Below are positions 1-15,378 of a DNA stretch of 64,000 nt, one piece after another. The DNA lies in NCBI RefSeq assembly GCF_009914755.1, contig NC_060925.1; one strand, given 5' to 3'. The DNA is from the human T2T-CHM13v2.0 reference genome, Homo sapiens. The notes beneath the pieces are model-generated. The model worked only from the letters and a program-made list of their open reading frames with translations. It ran no database searches and had not been told where the DNA came from. Position 1 is the stretch's first letter. Each line of letters opens with the position of its first letter. The translations under genes were made by a program, and so were the position numbers.

Positions 1-1703
1 AACATTTTTTCCTTCATTTCAACTTTGGTGAATCTGACAATTATGTGTCTTGGAGTTACTCTTCTCGAGGAGTATCTTTGTGGTGTTCTCTGTATTTCTT
101 GAATTTGAATGTTGGCCTGCCTTGCTGGGTTGGGGAAGTTCTCCTGGATAATATCCTGCAGAGTGTTTTCCAACTTGGTTCCATTCTCCCCATCACTTTC
201 AGGTACACCAGTCAGACGTAGATTTGGTCTTTTCACATAGTCACATATTTCTTAGAGGCTTTGTTCATTTCTTTTTACTCTTTTTTCTCTAAAATTCTCT
301 TCTGCTTCATTTCATTCATTTTACCTTCAATCACTAATACTCTTTCTTCCACTTGATCAAATCAGCTACTGAAGCTTGTGCATGCATCACGTAGTTCTCG
401 TGTTATGGTTTTCAGCTCCATCAGGTCATTTAAGGACTTCTCTGCACTGCTTATTCTAGTTAGCCATTCGTCTAATCTTTTTTCAAGGTTTTTAGCTTCT
501 TTGCGATGGGTTCCAATATCCTCCTTTGGCTCAGAGAAGTTTATTACTGATCATCTGAAGCCTTCTCCTCTCAACTCGTCAAAGTCATTCTCTGTCCAGC
601 TTTGTTCCGTTGCTGGCAAGGAGCTGCTTTCCTTTGGAGGAGAAGAAGCGCTCTGATTTTTAGAATTTCCAGCTTTTCTGCTCTGGTTTCTCCCCATCTT
701 TGTGGTTTTATCTACCTTTGGTCTTTGATGATGGTGACGTACAGATGGAGTTTTGGTGTGGATGTCCTTTCTGTTTGTTAGTTTTCCTTCTAACAGTCAG
801 GACCATCAGCTGCTGGTCTGTTGGAATTTGCTGGAGGTCCACTCCAGACCCTGTTTTCCTGGGTATCACCAGCGGAGGCTGCAGAACAGCAAATATTACA
901 GAACGGCAGATGTTGCTGCCTATTCCTGCCTCTGGAAGCTTCGTCTCAGAGCGGCACCCGGCTGTATGAGCTATCAGTCGGCCCGTACTAGGAGGTGTCT
1001 CCCAGTTAGGCTACTAGGGGTCAGGGACCCACTTGAGGAGGCAGACTGTCTGTTCTCAGATCTCAAACTCCATACTGGGAGAACCACTACTCTCTTCAAA
1101 GCTGTCAGACAGGGACGTTTAAGTCTGCAGAAGTTTCTGCTGCATTTTGTTCAGCTATGCCCTGTCTCCAGAAGTGGAGTCTACAGAGGCAGGCAGGCCT
1201 TCTTGCGCTGTGGTGGGCTCCACCCAGTTTTAGCTTCCCTGCCCACAGCTTTGTTTACCTACTCAAGTCTCAGCAATGGCGGACACCCTCCCCCACACCA
1301 CCCCGAGCCTCACTGCTGCCCTGCAGTTGGATCTCAGGCTGCTGTGCTAGCAGTGACCGAGGCTTCATGGGCATGGGACCCTCCGAGCCAGATGCAGGAT
1401 ATAATCTCCTGGTGTGCCGTTTGCTAAGGCCATTGGAAAAGCGCAGTATTAGGGTGGGAGTGTCCTGATTTTCCAGGTGCTGTCTGTCACAGCTTTGCTT
1501 GGCTAGGGAAGGGAATTCCCTGACCCCTTGCGCTTCCCAGGTGAGGCAATGCCCCACCCTGCTCTGTGGACTGCACCAACTGTCTGATAAGCCCCAGTGA
1601 GATGAACCCTGTACCTCAGTTGGAAATGCAGAAATCACCCATCTTCTGCCTCACTCACCCTGGGAGCTGCAGACTGGAGCTGTTCCTATTTGGCCATCTT
1701 GGA
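1..1703 (-). mobile_element. L1PA (about L1PA5-7) 5' portion: complete ~1 kb 5'UTR plus ORF1, running off the left edge
   Basis: Reverse complement of the L1 5' end (ggagctgttcctatttggccatcttgg, 1676-1702). ORF1 ATG at 697-695 reads MGRNQSRKAGNSKNQSASSPPK, with a premature TGA at 553-551. Confidence 0.95.
698..1703 (-). promoter_or_regulatory. L1 5'UTR internal sense/antisense promoter region, including the YY1 site (CAAGATGGCC, ~1692-1701)
   Basis: Matches the primate L1 5'UTR. Promoter role is established for the family; activity of this copy is unknown. Confidence 0.6.
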
Positions 1704-2677
1704 TCTTTTTCCAACTCTGAAGTTCTTTCTTTTACTTGTTCAATTCTATTACTGAGACTTTCCAGTGCATTTTGCATTTCTCTAAGTGTGTTCTTAATTT
1801 CCAGAAGTTGTGATTGTTATTTATTTATGCTGTCGATTTCACTGAAGATTTATTCCTTCATATCCTGTATCATGTTTTTGATTTCTTTAAGTTGGACTTC
1901 ACCTTTCTCTGGTGCCTCCTTGATTAGCTTAATAACTGACCTCCTGAATTCTTTTTCTGGCAATTCAGAAATTTCATCTTGGCTTGGATCCATTGCTGGT
2001 GAGCTGGTATGATCTTTTGGGGGTGTTAAGGAAACTCGTTCTGTCATATTACCAGAATTGTTTTTCTGGTTCTTTCTCATTTGGGTAAAGTATGCCAGAG
2101 GGAAGATCTGGGACTCAAGCACTGCTATTCAGGTTATTTTGTCCCATGGGGTGTTCCGTTGATGTGGTGTTCTCTCTCCTCCCTAGGAATGGGGCTTCCT
2201 GAGAGTGAAACTATAGTGATTGTTTTTTTCTTCTGGGTCTAGCCATCCAGCGGAACTACTGGGCTCCAGCCTGGTACTGGGGAGTGTCTGCAGAGTCCTG
2301 TGATGTTATTTGTCTTCAGGTCTTGCAGCCATGGATACCAGCACCTGCTCCGGTGGAGGCAGCAGGGGAATGAGGTGGATTCTGTGAGGGGCCTTGGTTG
2401 TGTGTTTGTTTAGTGTGCTGGTTTCGTGTTGGTTGGCCTCCATCAAGGAGGTGATGCTTTCAAGAGTGCATCAGCTGTGGTCAGTTTTTCAGCATCTCAG
2501 GGAGCCTGCAGGGGTGATTCAGTTCCTTCAAAGGGTCTGTGGATTCTCTAGAGTCTCCTGGTATGTTCCTGCCGTTGTTCTTGGAGAAAAAGTTCACAAT
2601 GTGAGTCTCCACACACTGCTCTGTCTGTCCAAGGGGGAGCTGCAACCTAGTCCTGCCTCCTATCTGCCATCTTAATC
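1704..2677 (-). mobile_element. Older L1 (L1PB-type) 5'UTR plus ORF1 N-terminus, interrupted by the L1PA
   Basis: ORF 1850-2122(-) gives MRKNQKNNSGNMT..SLTPPKDHTSSPAMDP..ELPEKEFRR, which is L1PB-like ORF1. The 5' end GATTAAGATGGCAGATAGGAGGCAGGACTAG lies at ~2647-2677 (reverse complement). Confidence 0.85.
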
Positions 2678-3204
2678 CTCAATAGACTTCCTACAAAGCC
2701 AAACATTCTCTTTGCTCTTTGTTCAAAATATTACTCAATTTTTCTAGATAGGTTAACAGACCTACCTAAAAAGATGAAAGTGTGTATGAGGTACCAGTGC
2801 CTCTGCTAACTTATTTAAACAAACTCCCCCAAAACAGTTTTCTACTACACTTCCCATAATGCCAACACGTTTGGGCACTCTGACACCAAACAGCTACTAC
2901 TGAAACCAGGCCCTGGAGTTTAGGATACTAACTCTGAGTTGGACACCTGAGTTATGTGCAACATGTTGGCTTAGTTTGGACACCAACTAACTGGACCCAC
3001 ATTTGGGCATGCTAGTGGTAGGGCTAGTTAGGGATTATTTCAAGAATGGGTCTATCTACATAAGGGGTTCCCACTCCCAACACTTGGCAAACATCACCAA
3101 CAATCTCCACATTTCCAATTCGAATAGACACTTCAGTTTTAATCCTACCCTAGCAGAGATGGCTATCCATCAAAAATGTGTGCCCCATCTCCCAGATTTA
3201 GAAT

Positions 3205-3570
3205 AGTTTCTGTGAAGTGGCTGCCAGCCAAGAACTACATACTCAGCCTCCCTTGCATCTAGAGGACCCATGTGTTTGTTAGTCCTCTCCTATAGAATTT
3301 GTGTGGAAGTAATGTGTGATACCTCAGGTCAATGCGGTTCAGAAGAAAGTGTGCAGCACCTTCGCTTTACCCATCTGCTAGACAGATAGCAAGAATTCCA
3401 AAAAGCTAGGGGATGGCCAAGCCATATAATGGATAGAGTCTGCATCTTTGAATTACCAGGAGGAGGAAAGCTGACTGATAATCAGAATTATTCAACTTGA
3501 ATAATTAGGGTTAATAACTTAGTGTGTTATGTTACAACACTTTGGGTATTTGTTACAGCACCTTATGTTA
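3205..3570. mobile_element. Degenerate MaLR (MLT1-type) LTR
   Basis: Contains MLT1-like motifs (ccagccaagaactacat..cccttgcatctag) and a 3' end tttgttacagca..ccta. Confidence 0.5.
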
Positions 3571-3619
3571 CCCTAATTAATATATGTATTAATTAATATG
3601 GTAATTAATACCTCTCTGC

Positions 3620-4400
3620 TGCATTTTACACTGTTGATTGTGTCTTCCTTGACATTTGCTACTGCCTGTAGTGATTCTATCCTCTTTGACCACTTACTTA
3701 CTCCACACCAACCTTCTATCTTGAATCCTTTTTCTCTGCCTCTCTTTTAAAGTTGGCATTCTCCATCCTTAGTCCGCTGCCTGCATTGCTCCTGCTACAC
3801 AATCCCATTACAACTTTAAAGCATATTGTTCACTTCCGAATTTTATCACTTGCCTAATTTTTAGCCTGTAATTTGTTCCCATCCTTCCTGTAACCCCAAT
3901 TCATTCCCTACTTTATTCTCAGTAACTGGCACCATCATTCTGTCAGAAAAGAGCACTGCAAATCATCCCAGACTCCTATTCTTTTCTCATTTTCTATATT
4001 CAGTGCTTTACCAAGTCTGGAAAACTTTACCTCCTAAGTAATTTATAGATCCATGCTGTCATCCCTACCCTAAATAACATTGTCCTAGTTCAGACTCATC
4101 ATTTCTCACTTAGGCCACTCCAGAACACAGTGGCTAGTCACACAAATTTTGAAATTAGGTAGACCTTCATTCAAGTCTCAGACTTGCAACTAATTCTTAG
4201 CTGTGTGATCTGGTAGAGGATAACTAATCTAAATTCACTTCTTCCCACTTGTAATGGTAAATACTAATAGTATTAATAGTAAGTAGTAAATACTAATAGT
4301 ACTTTCCAAATGGGCTGTTATAAGCAGTGAAGGAAATCAGGTAGAGAGGCCTGAAGACAGCCTGGCCATAGAGTAGAGCACCATAATGTTAGTTATTATG
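3620..4400. mobile_element. L2 fragment followed by MIR
   Basis: L2-like pyrimidine-rich segment (ggcaccatcattc..atcatcccagactcct), then a MIR core (tagctgtgtgatctgg). Confidence 0.5.
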
Positions 4401-5198
4401 GAGATTCAGTGCTTCCAAACTCACCTCCATGAATCCACTCCCCATAAGACAGTGATCTCTCTAAAATACAAATTCTGCCATCTTTCAATCCTGCCAAGAG
4501 GACAGAAAACCAAAATTGGGTATAAGAAATACAGATAGCTTTGAGAGGAATCAGAAACTGATTAGGGTGATACTTGATGGTCATCTTGCTAAAAATGCCT
4601 ATAGGAAAATATATAAATTGGATGAATTTGCCTTTGTGAGTAAATTAAATTTATTTTTAAAATACCCTTTATTTCCCTTTATCTCCTCTGGATTGGATCT
4701 GTACATTAAAACTCAAGTACTAAATTAGTCACTATCTAAATTTAGCATAAACTATACTTACTGCATAATTGCCAACTCATTTGTTTACTTACAGAACATG
4801 CTTAACGGCTTAAAAATAGGAAATTAAAATTAACCAAAATGTTTTGTAAGAGAACATAATATGAAGAAAACTCTAAGTATAGGACATTTTAATTTGCATT
4901 CCCATTCTTTCCACACTCATCTCAGCTCAGTAATATTTTCCTCTCCTTAAAAAAAAAATCTCATTTACAAGGTACCCTACATAGACAATGCGAACGTTTG
5001 GATGACAAAAGATACACGGGTTATTAGAGAAGAAAGAACCAAAGAGGTATAAAAGCATGAGTGACTACACATCTACCAAATGCCTGACAATGGGAACGTT
5101 CTCCACATGTGTTGTCTCATTTAATTCTCAAAATGAAAATCAAATTAAAAAGAAACCCTAAGATTTATGTATGTACCATGTACCATGAGAAACATAGA

Positions 5199-5939
<741 letters not shown>

Positions 5940-6949
5940 TAACTCCTGTTTTACAGAAAAGAACCTAAAGACCCAGTGAAGTTAGCTACTTGCCTGAACT
6001 CATACAGAAAAAGTATTTATTTGCCAGGGACTTGCTTGTACTTTTATGTGACACCAAAGTCCAAAGTCCAGTTTTATACTATTATATCCTAGATCTCCAA
6101 ACTATTTAAAGGGTCTATAAAACTAGGTATTTGACTATTCTTTACACTTCTATTATTGTATGTGAACAAAAAGAAAGTACAGGTTTTGGATACCCACTTT
6201 TCACATTGTCACATGGTTCACATCTGCATGGGAGCTGTGAAATCTAGAAACTTCTCTGGGGAAGAAACCAGCCAGAAAAGGCACAGAAGCACAAAGAATA
6301 CACATGTCCCTGTGGGATCATCCTCCATTCCTCAGCCCTTCCCACTTAATGAATTAAACATCCCCTAGTTTCCTGTAATTTAGGCTTCAGGCTTTTTGGA
6401 GAATAAATTCATATTCTTCTCTTTCCGTGCCATAGTGAGAAGGAGTTCTCTAAAGCAGCAGAAAACGAGTGATTGGTGAATAATTTTTCTTAATCAGATT
6501 CTTTCTGCAACACTGATCTCATTATTTGTTCACCAGACAAGTACCTACCAAATCTATTCACAATTTTTTTTAAATTACACAGATAGTAGTATTGAACTAT
6601 GCCTTAATTAGGGCAGCCAAGAATGTTTTGTATAATTAACTGGGCTTTGTTTACAATTGTTTCCTTGTGTTAGAATGCTTTCTCTGTGTAATTGGGCCGA
6701 TGCTAATAGTAACACCCACCTTTTATTGTCATAGGAGAGAAACTGCAGGACACGCAGAAGAAACAAAACCATACCTGAGACAGCAAACAAAAAGAATGAG
6801 ACACAGGCTCTCTTTCTACTCTCTGTTTTGCCTCAGGATGAACACAGTCTCCCTAACCTCTGACCTCATCTACTGCAGCTCCTGACATCTGGGTTCCTTT
6901 ATCCCCTCAAGTGAAAATTCTTCGTTCACTTTTGGAAAATGGAGTGATG

Positions 6950-7488
6950 CCTTTTCTCAGTGTGATCCACTCTCCAATCTCCCAGGCTCTGCTATGTGCC
7001 CTGGGAGGCTGATCTGTTTGGAAGACAGCAACATCCTTTGACTTACCATTGAGTTTACCCAATAGGGAACCCTAGCAAGAGATGTGGAAGGAGGAAGGCA
7101 GGGAGGGAAGGGGAGAGGAGTGACAGATGGAAAGGCGAGAGGAAGAAAAGTAACATCTCAGTATTAGTCCCTTAGATCCTTCCAAGCAGTTATCATGGGT
7201 AGACTGTGTCCAATCCGTAAGCCAAATGTCTTAGCTCCTATAAACAGCCTTCTCCAAATAGCCACCCCTGTCTGTCACTCAGGCAATCACTGTCTCCTCT
7301 TATCACCTATCTCCAAAGTTAGTAAGAGAATATTGCCATTATACTTTCCCAAGGTATGGCATGAACTCTTGTAGTTGCACTACACCTTACCAAAGCTTTG
7401 TAAATAGTCCCTACTAAACTCTCCACATGTTATAATTTGACTGTGACCTCTATTCCTTGCTAGAATTCAAGTTAGTAAGGTTGACACA
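6950..7488. mobile_element. Old ERVL LTR (LTR33/LTR16-like)
   Basis: Motifs ccctgggaggctga, ccaatagggaacc and ctttgtaaatagtccc..aaactctcc; recalled resemblance only. Confidence 0.45.
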
Positions 7489-8200
7489 GCCTGAATTTGT
7501 AACACCATGTACTTCTATCCATGCACATGCCCTTAAGTTCCAGAAGAGTACAGGAGTGATAGGATTCTCAGTTGTAAGGAATGTGGGAATTCTCTCAATG
7601 AGTAATTAAGCAACAGTATTCAAGGAACTAGGGTGTCGCTGTGCAGACTTAGAAGCCTTGCTTTTGTGAAGCCCTTAGCCAAATACAATTGTCTAGATCA
7701 TGCTGCTGAACAAGCACAGGAATTTTATAAATACTGACAGAGTTTTTTTCCTGTAAATTTTGCTAACTGTGGTTTGTGTGCTATTAACATAAGAATCTAA
7801 ATACTCTGTCAATTCTCACCATGTTCCTTCTGCTTGATATTTCAGATACAGTTTCTTAGAAAGAAAGTTCAAAGAAAAAAGAAATAGGATAGAAATAAGG
7901 ATAACTAAACTCTATTAAATACACCACGTTTTTTATCTCTCTAGGGTATGGGGCAATTTGCTATGTACCTAGGTTCCTACCTTCAGGCATCCCTTAGCGC
8001 AGTGGAGTAGACAGATTGTTATATGGTATAAAAGAGAGAAAATTGTATTTTCCTTTGAGTAGTAAAAGTAGTCTTAATGGCTTGACAGAGAGAGAAAGGC
8101 AAATCTGAAAGGATCAAATCAGGTGTATTAAGAAAAGAATAGGAATTACAGAAAGAATAACAGTGTCAAGGATAAGGAGGCATTAAAAAAAATAAAACAG

Positions 8201-8517
8201 GGCCAGGCGCGGTGGCTCATGCCTGTAATTCCAGCACTTTGGGAGGCCGAGGCGGGCAGATCACCTGAGATCCGGAGTTCAGGACCAGCCTGACCAACAT
8301 AGAGAAACCCCATCTCTACTAAAAATACAAAAAACTTAGCTGGGCATGGTGGAGCATGCCTGTAACCTCAGCTACTCAGGAGACTGAGGCAGGAGAATCA
8401 CTTGAACCTGGAAGGCGGAGGTTGCGGTGAGCCAAGATCGCACCATTGCACTCCAGCCTGGGCAACTCGGTCCCAAAAAATAAATAAATAAAAATAAATA
8501 AATAAATAAATAAAACA
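8201..8517 (+). mobile_element. AluSp-like with (TAAA)n tail
   Basis: ctgaccaacatagagaaaccc and gttgcggtgagcc motifs; flanking repeat aaataaaaca. Confidence 0.93.
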
Positions 8518-8537
8518 ATTGGAATGTAAAAGAAATC

Positions 8538-8657
8538 TGTAATCCCAGCACTTTGACAGGCTGAGACAGGATGATCACTTGAGGCCAGAAGTTCAATTTC
8601 TGCCTGGGCAACATAGCAAGACTCCACTTCTTTAAAAAAAGAAAAAAAAGAAAGAAA
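8538..8657 (+). mobile_element. Alu monomer (FLAM-like)
   Basis: Single left-arm-like unit followed by an A-rich tail. Confidence 0.75.
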
Positions 8658-8978
8658 ATATATTATTTGTGGTCCTTATATGCTCGTTTCAAAAAAGGGC
8701 ATATTAGGACCACAAAAACATGAGAAACCTAATTAAACAGACATGTAGGCCCAGACCAAGTTAAAGTCAAAAACAACTTTTTTGAAAGGACTAGATAAAT
8801 TAGTAAAACTCGACAAGGCTGAACAATGGGAAATAAAAGAAAGCAGAAATTGGAAAAAGGGGACAGAAGACAAAATAGGGACAGAAATAAAATTTTTCTA
8901 TAGGCATTAAAAAGATAAAAAAACTATTAAAAATTGTATCTAATAAATTATGTAATTTATGTGAAATGAACAAGTTAG

Positions 8979-10735
<1,757 letters not shown>

Positions 10736-11960
10736 GAAATGAACAAGTTACTTGAAAATATAATTTATAAAAATGATACAAAAATAAGTAGAACACCTGA
10801 ATTGTCTAATTCTATTTAAGAAATTTATTTTATACTGGAAAAATCTTCCCGCAGGGAAATCTCCAAGCCAAGAGAGATTTACTGGGGATATTTCTAGACA
10901 GTTAAAGAAGAAATAACACTAACTTTACACAAATTCCTCAAGAAATATTTTTAAAAGAAGGGTACCGTTTCCAACTTATTTTATAAGTTCCTCATAGCTT
11001 TGATAACAGAACTGAACAAAGATATGACAAAAAAGGAAACTGACAGGCCAATAGCTCTCATAAAGAAAGATACACAATCTTAAAATTATCAAAGTAAAAC
11101 CAGTGATCTAAAAGATAATATATCATATCCAAGTGGTTTCATTTGAAAAATGAAGTTTGTTTACAAATACTCAAAAATCAATTAATTTAAATTTCTATAA
11201 TAAAACAAAAAGGAACAAAATTACATGATAATTTCATTAGATTCAGGAAAAGCATTTGATGAAATGCAACACATATTTATGCTTTAAAAAATAACTTTTA
11301 GGAAATAAGAAATGCAAAGGAACTTTCTTACTCTGACAAAATCTATGTCTAAAAAGACTTAAACAAATATTCTACTTAATGGTAAAAGACTGAAAGCAAT
11401 TACCTTGAGATACTGAATGAGTCAAGGATACAATGTCTAAATGTAAGTGCAATGAGAGATGAAAAAAATAAGAGCTTAAAGATAAGTAAAAAATCTTTCA
11501 TTCAGAAGTTACACAATATTGAACATAGAAATTCAAAAATAATCTTCATAAGTAAACTATTAGACATATTAGGTAAAATTAGTAGAGTAAATATATAAAC
11601 ACTATATTTCTGCATACTAGCTAAAAAAGAAAATAAATTTTAATGGTACTATTAATAATAGTATCAGAAACACAATATTTATAAAAATAAATTCAACTAA
11701 ATTATGTAAGACCTCTACACATAAAATTACAAAGCATTGTTGGGAGAAATTTTAAAAGCCCGAAATAAATAAAGGGATATACCATGGTCATTGATTAGAA
11801 GTTTCAGTGTCGTAGAGATGTTAGTCCTTCCTAGATTGATTCAGTTCAATCCTAATCAAATTTTCAGCATGTTTTTGTGTTAGAATGTAGGAAAATTCAA
11901 CATATTAATTCTTAAATATATATGAAACTTCAAAGGACTAAGAAAATCAAGACAATTTTG

Positions 11961-12249
11961 TTTGTTTGTTTTGAGGCAGGGTCTCACTCTGTCGCCAAGG
12001 CTGGAGTGCAATGGCGTGGTCACGGCTGACCGTAACCCTGACCTCCCATGCTCAGGTGATCCTTTTACCTCAGTCTCCCAGGTGGCTGGGACTACAGGGG
12101 CATGCTACTGTGCCTGATTTATTTTTGTATTTTTTGTAGAGACAGGGTTTTACTATGTTGGAGACCACACTGGTCTCCAACTCTTGGGCTCAAGCAGTCT
12201 GCCTGCCTTGGTCTACCAAATTGCCAAGTGTGAGCCACAGTGCCCAGCC
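11961..12249 (-). mobile_element. AluJ
   Basis: Diverged Alu with TSD gacaattttg (11951-11960 and 12254-12263). Confidence 0.92.
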
Positions 12250-12437
12250 CCAGGACAATTTTGAAGCAAAAAAAGATTTATTATAATGTTACAACAATTA
12301 AGATAATATGATGTATAAACACGATAATCAATTAATCCAGTGAAACAGTACTGAGTCCCAAAAGGAATCACATGTTTGCAGTTCACTGAAAGCTGGCAAA
12401 GCTGATACTACAACCCAGTAAATAAGGAACACTCTTC

Positions 12438-12757
<320 letters not shown>

Positions 12758-13588
12758 TCATATGAGATTGGGTATTTATATAAAAATATTTATCTATCTT
12801 AACCCCATGCTTATACTACCACAAAAGTCAATAGCAGATGATCGCAGACACAAATGGAAGGCTAAAATACAAACACTTCTGGAAAATAATATAAGATAAT
12901 ATTTTATGATGTTGAGGTAGGCAAAGATTTCTTAAACAGAACATAAAAAGTGCTACTCAAAAAGGAAAAGACTGATACATTACATTTAAGTTTAGAACAT
13001 CCATTTATTAAATGCACTAGAAGAGAAGAAAAATTCAAGTCATAGAATGAGAGAAGGTATTTCCAAAACATATATCCAACAAATAACTCATACCTGGAAT
13101 ATATTTTTTGAAAACTGCTACTTGTCAATAAAGCAAATACAGACAAACCAATATAAAAATAAGCAAAACATTTCAAAAAATGATATGCAAATAGCAGTAA
13201 GTATATGACAAGATACTCCACTTTGACAGTTATCAAGGAAATGAAAATTAAAACCACTATGAAGTACCTCTATATTCTCACCAGAATAACTAAAATAAAA
13301 GGGACTGATTTATCAAGGATTTGGAGGAACTGGCGCTCCCATAAACTGCTGGTGGGTGTGCTAATTGACAGAACCACCTTGGAAACAGGTACCGTCAACT
13401 AAAGTCAATCACATATATAGCTTGCAATTCAGTAATTCTAGTTTTAGGGATTTACTCCTGAAAAATAGATGCATATGTGCAGAATAGATATATAACAGTG
13501 TTCCTAGCAGCACCATTCATAATAGTCAAAACTTGCAAACAATTCAGAGTATTCATTGGCAGTAGAATCGATAAATAAATTGTGGTAT

Positions 13589-13892
<304 letters not shown>

Positions 13893-13935
13893 TCATGTAC
13901 TAGAAAGCAATGAAAATATATGAAATATTGCCTCA

Positions 13936-14201
13936 AGTTTTCCTTGAGTGGCTGAATTTGATTTAGGTTCTTGTCTCCTCCTATGTTTATCACCCTGTGT
14001 ATGCTACCATAATAGAACCTGTTAGAATAGACACTTTAGTAGTCACTGGTCCACCAGCTATATTCTAGGATAAGCTGCAAACAATTTTTTTTGTGGTCAA
14101 GAGCTTTATCTTATATGACTTTGTATTTATAGAGTCAAACTTAGCCAGTGCCCAATGAATTATTATTGAATAAATGAGTAACCAGATAAATTTTTAAAAA
14201 A
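13936..14201 (+). other. 266-bp TSD-flanked insert (L2-like 3' sequence, AATAAA, short A tail); candidate orphan retrocopy
   Basis: Perfect direct repeats gaaatattgcctca at 13922-13935 and 14202-14215. AATAAA at 14169-14174 and A-run at 14196-14201. Confidence 0.65.
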
Positions 14202-15033
14202 GAAATATTGCCTCATGCACTAACATGATTAATTTTAATTATAATATTATGTTTTACAAACATAAGATTGAGCAAAGAAGTCAGAAACCAAAAAGAGCAT
14301 TGTATTATTTAATTATATTAAGTTCAAGAAACCGGCAAAACTAATCTATGTGGATGAAAGTCAGTATGGTAGTTTTTTTGGAGCAATGATTGGGAAAGTG
14401 TATAAGGAGTGCTTCTGTTGTGATGGTCATAGATTATTTCACGATCTAGATAGTTTTAAATAAACATGTTCATATTGTGACAATTCACTAAGCTGATGAT
14501 TTATTCAGTTTACCGTGTGCAAATATTTTTGAATAGATGAGTAATTAATTTATCTATTAAATAGAATAGATAAATGAATCAATTAATATGTAAATAAAGA
14601 ATTGGCTCAGCCAAAAAAGAGCCAATTGTAAATATTATGATAAAATCAAGAGATGAGTGAATTTCAAGAAAGAGTGGACGGTTAACAGTGCCTATTGCTG
14701 AAAAGTTAAAAGGCAGTTTTTTTAAGGACACTGTCTGTGATAATGAGGAGGATATTGCCTCTCTCTGGATACGCATCAGTTTTGAGGGGTTCCAGATTTA
14801 GGATGAGATGGTCTCACTCTCACACTACTGATTGCTGGTCTAAAGGGGGTGACAGTGTTTATGATAAAGAGGTTTATTGGTACTGTTAAGTGTTTGGGGT
14901 TTGGATTTGGGGCAGGGGGTTTCTCTGTTTTTTGTGGAGTTTTTAAATGAAATTAACCAATAAAATTAACCCAATAGTTCATTGTTCTTTTAAATAGACA
15001 CAGTCCCAAAAAAGTCTAATTAAAACGTATCTA

Positions 15034-15378
15034 GGCCAGGTGTGGTGGCTCACCCTGTAACCCCAGTACTTTGAGAGGCAGAGGCAGAAGAATCACCCAA
15101 GAGTTCAAGACCAGCCTGGGCAAGATTGTGAGATACTCTAGCTACAAAAAAAAAAAAAAAAAAAAAAAATTTAAACATTAGCCAGGTTTGGTGGTGCACT
15201 TCTGTGGTCCTAGCTGCTCAAGAGGCTGAGGCAGAAGAATCCCTTGAGCCTGGAGGATACAGTGAGCTGGACTGATATAGTGAGCTGGACTGATATAGTG
15301 AGCTGTGAGTGGCCATTGCACTCCTGCACACCAGCCTGGGTGAGAGAGCAAGAACCTGTCTCTACGGAAAATAAAAAA
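15034..15378 (+). mobile_element. AluJ with expanded middle A-tract and internal 18-bp tandem repeat
   Basis: TSD aaaacgtatcta / aaaatgtatcta. A24 at 15146-15169. Confidence 0.92.

Noticed and set aside
753-1427. 224-aa + strand ORF
   Set aside because: It lies wholly in the antisense L1 5'UTR and has a non-ATG start; a repeat-derived open frame.
4257-4301. 16-bp direct repeat gtaaatactaatagta
   Set aside because: Local slippage duplication inside a MIR with only a 13-bp spacer; not an insertion.
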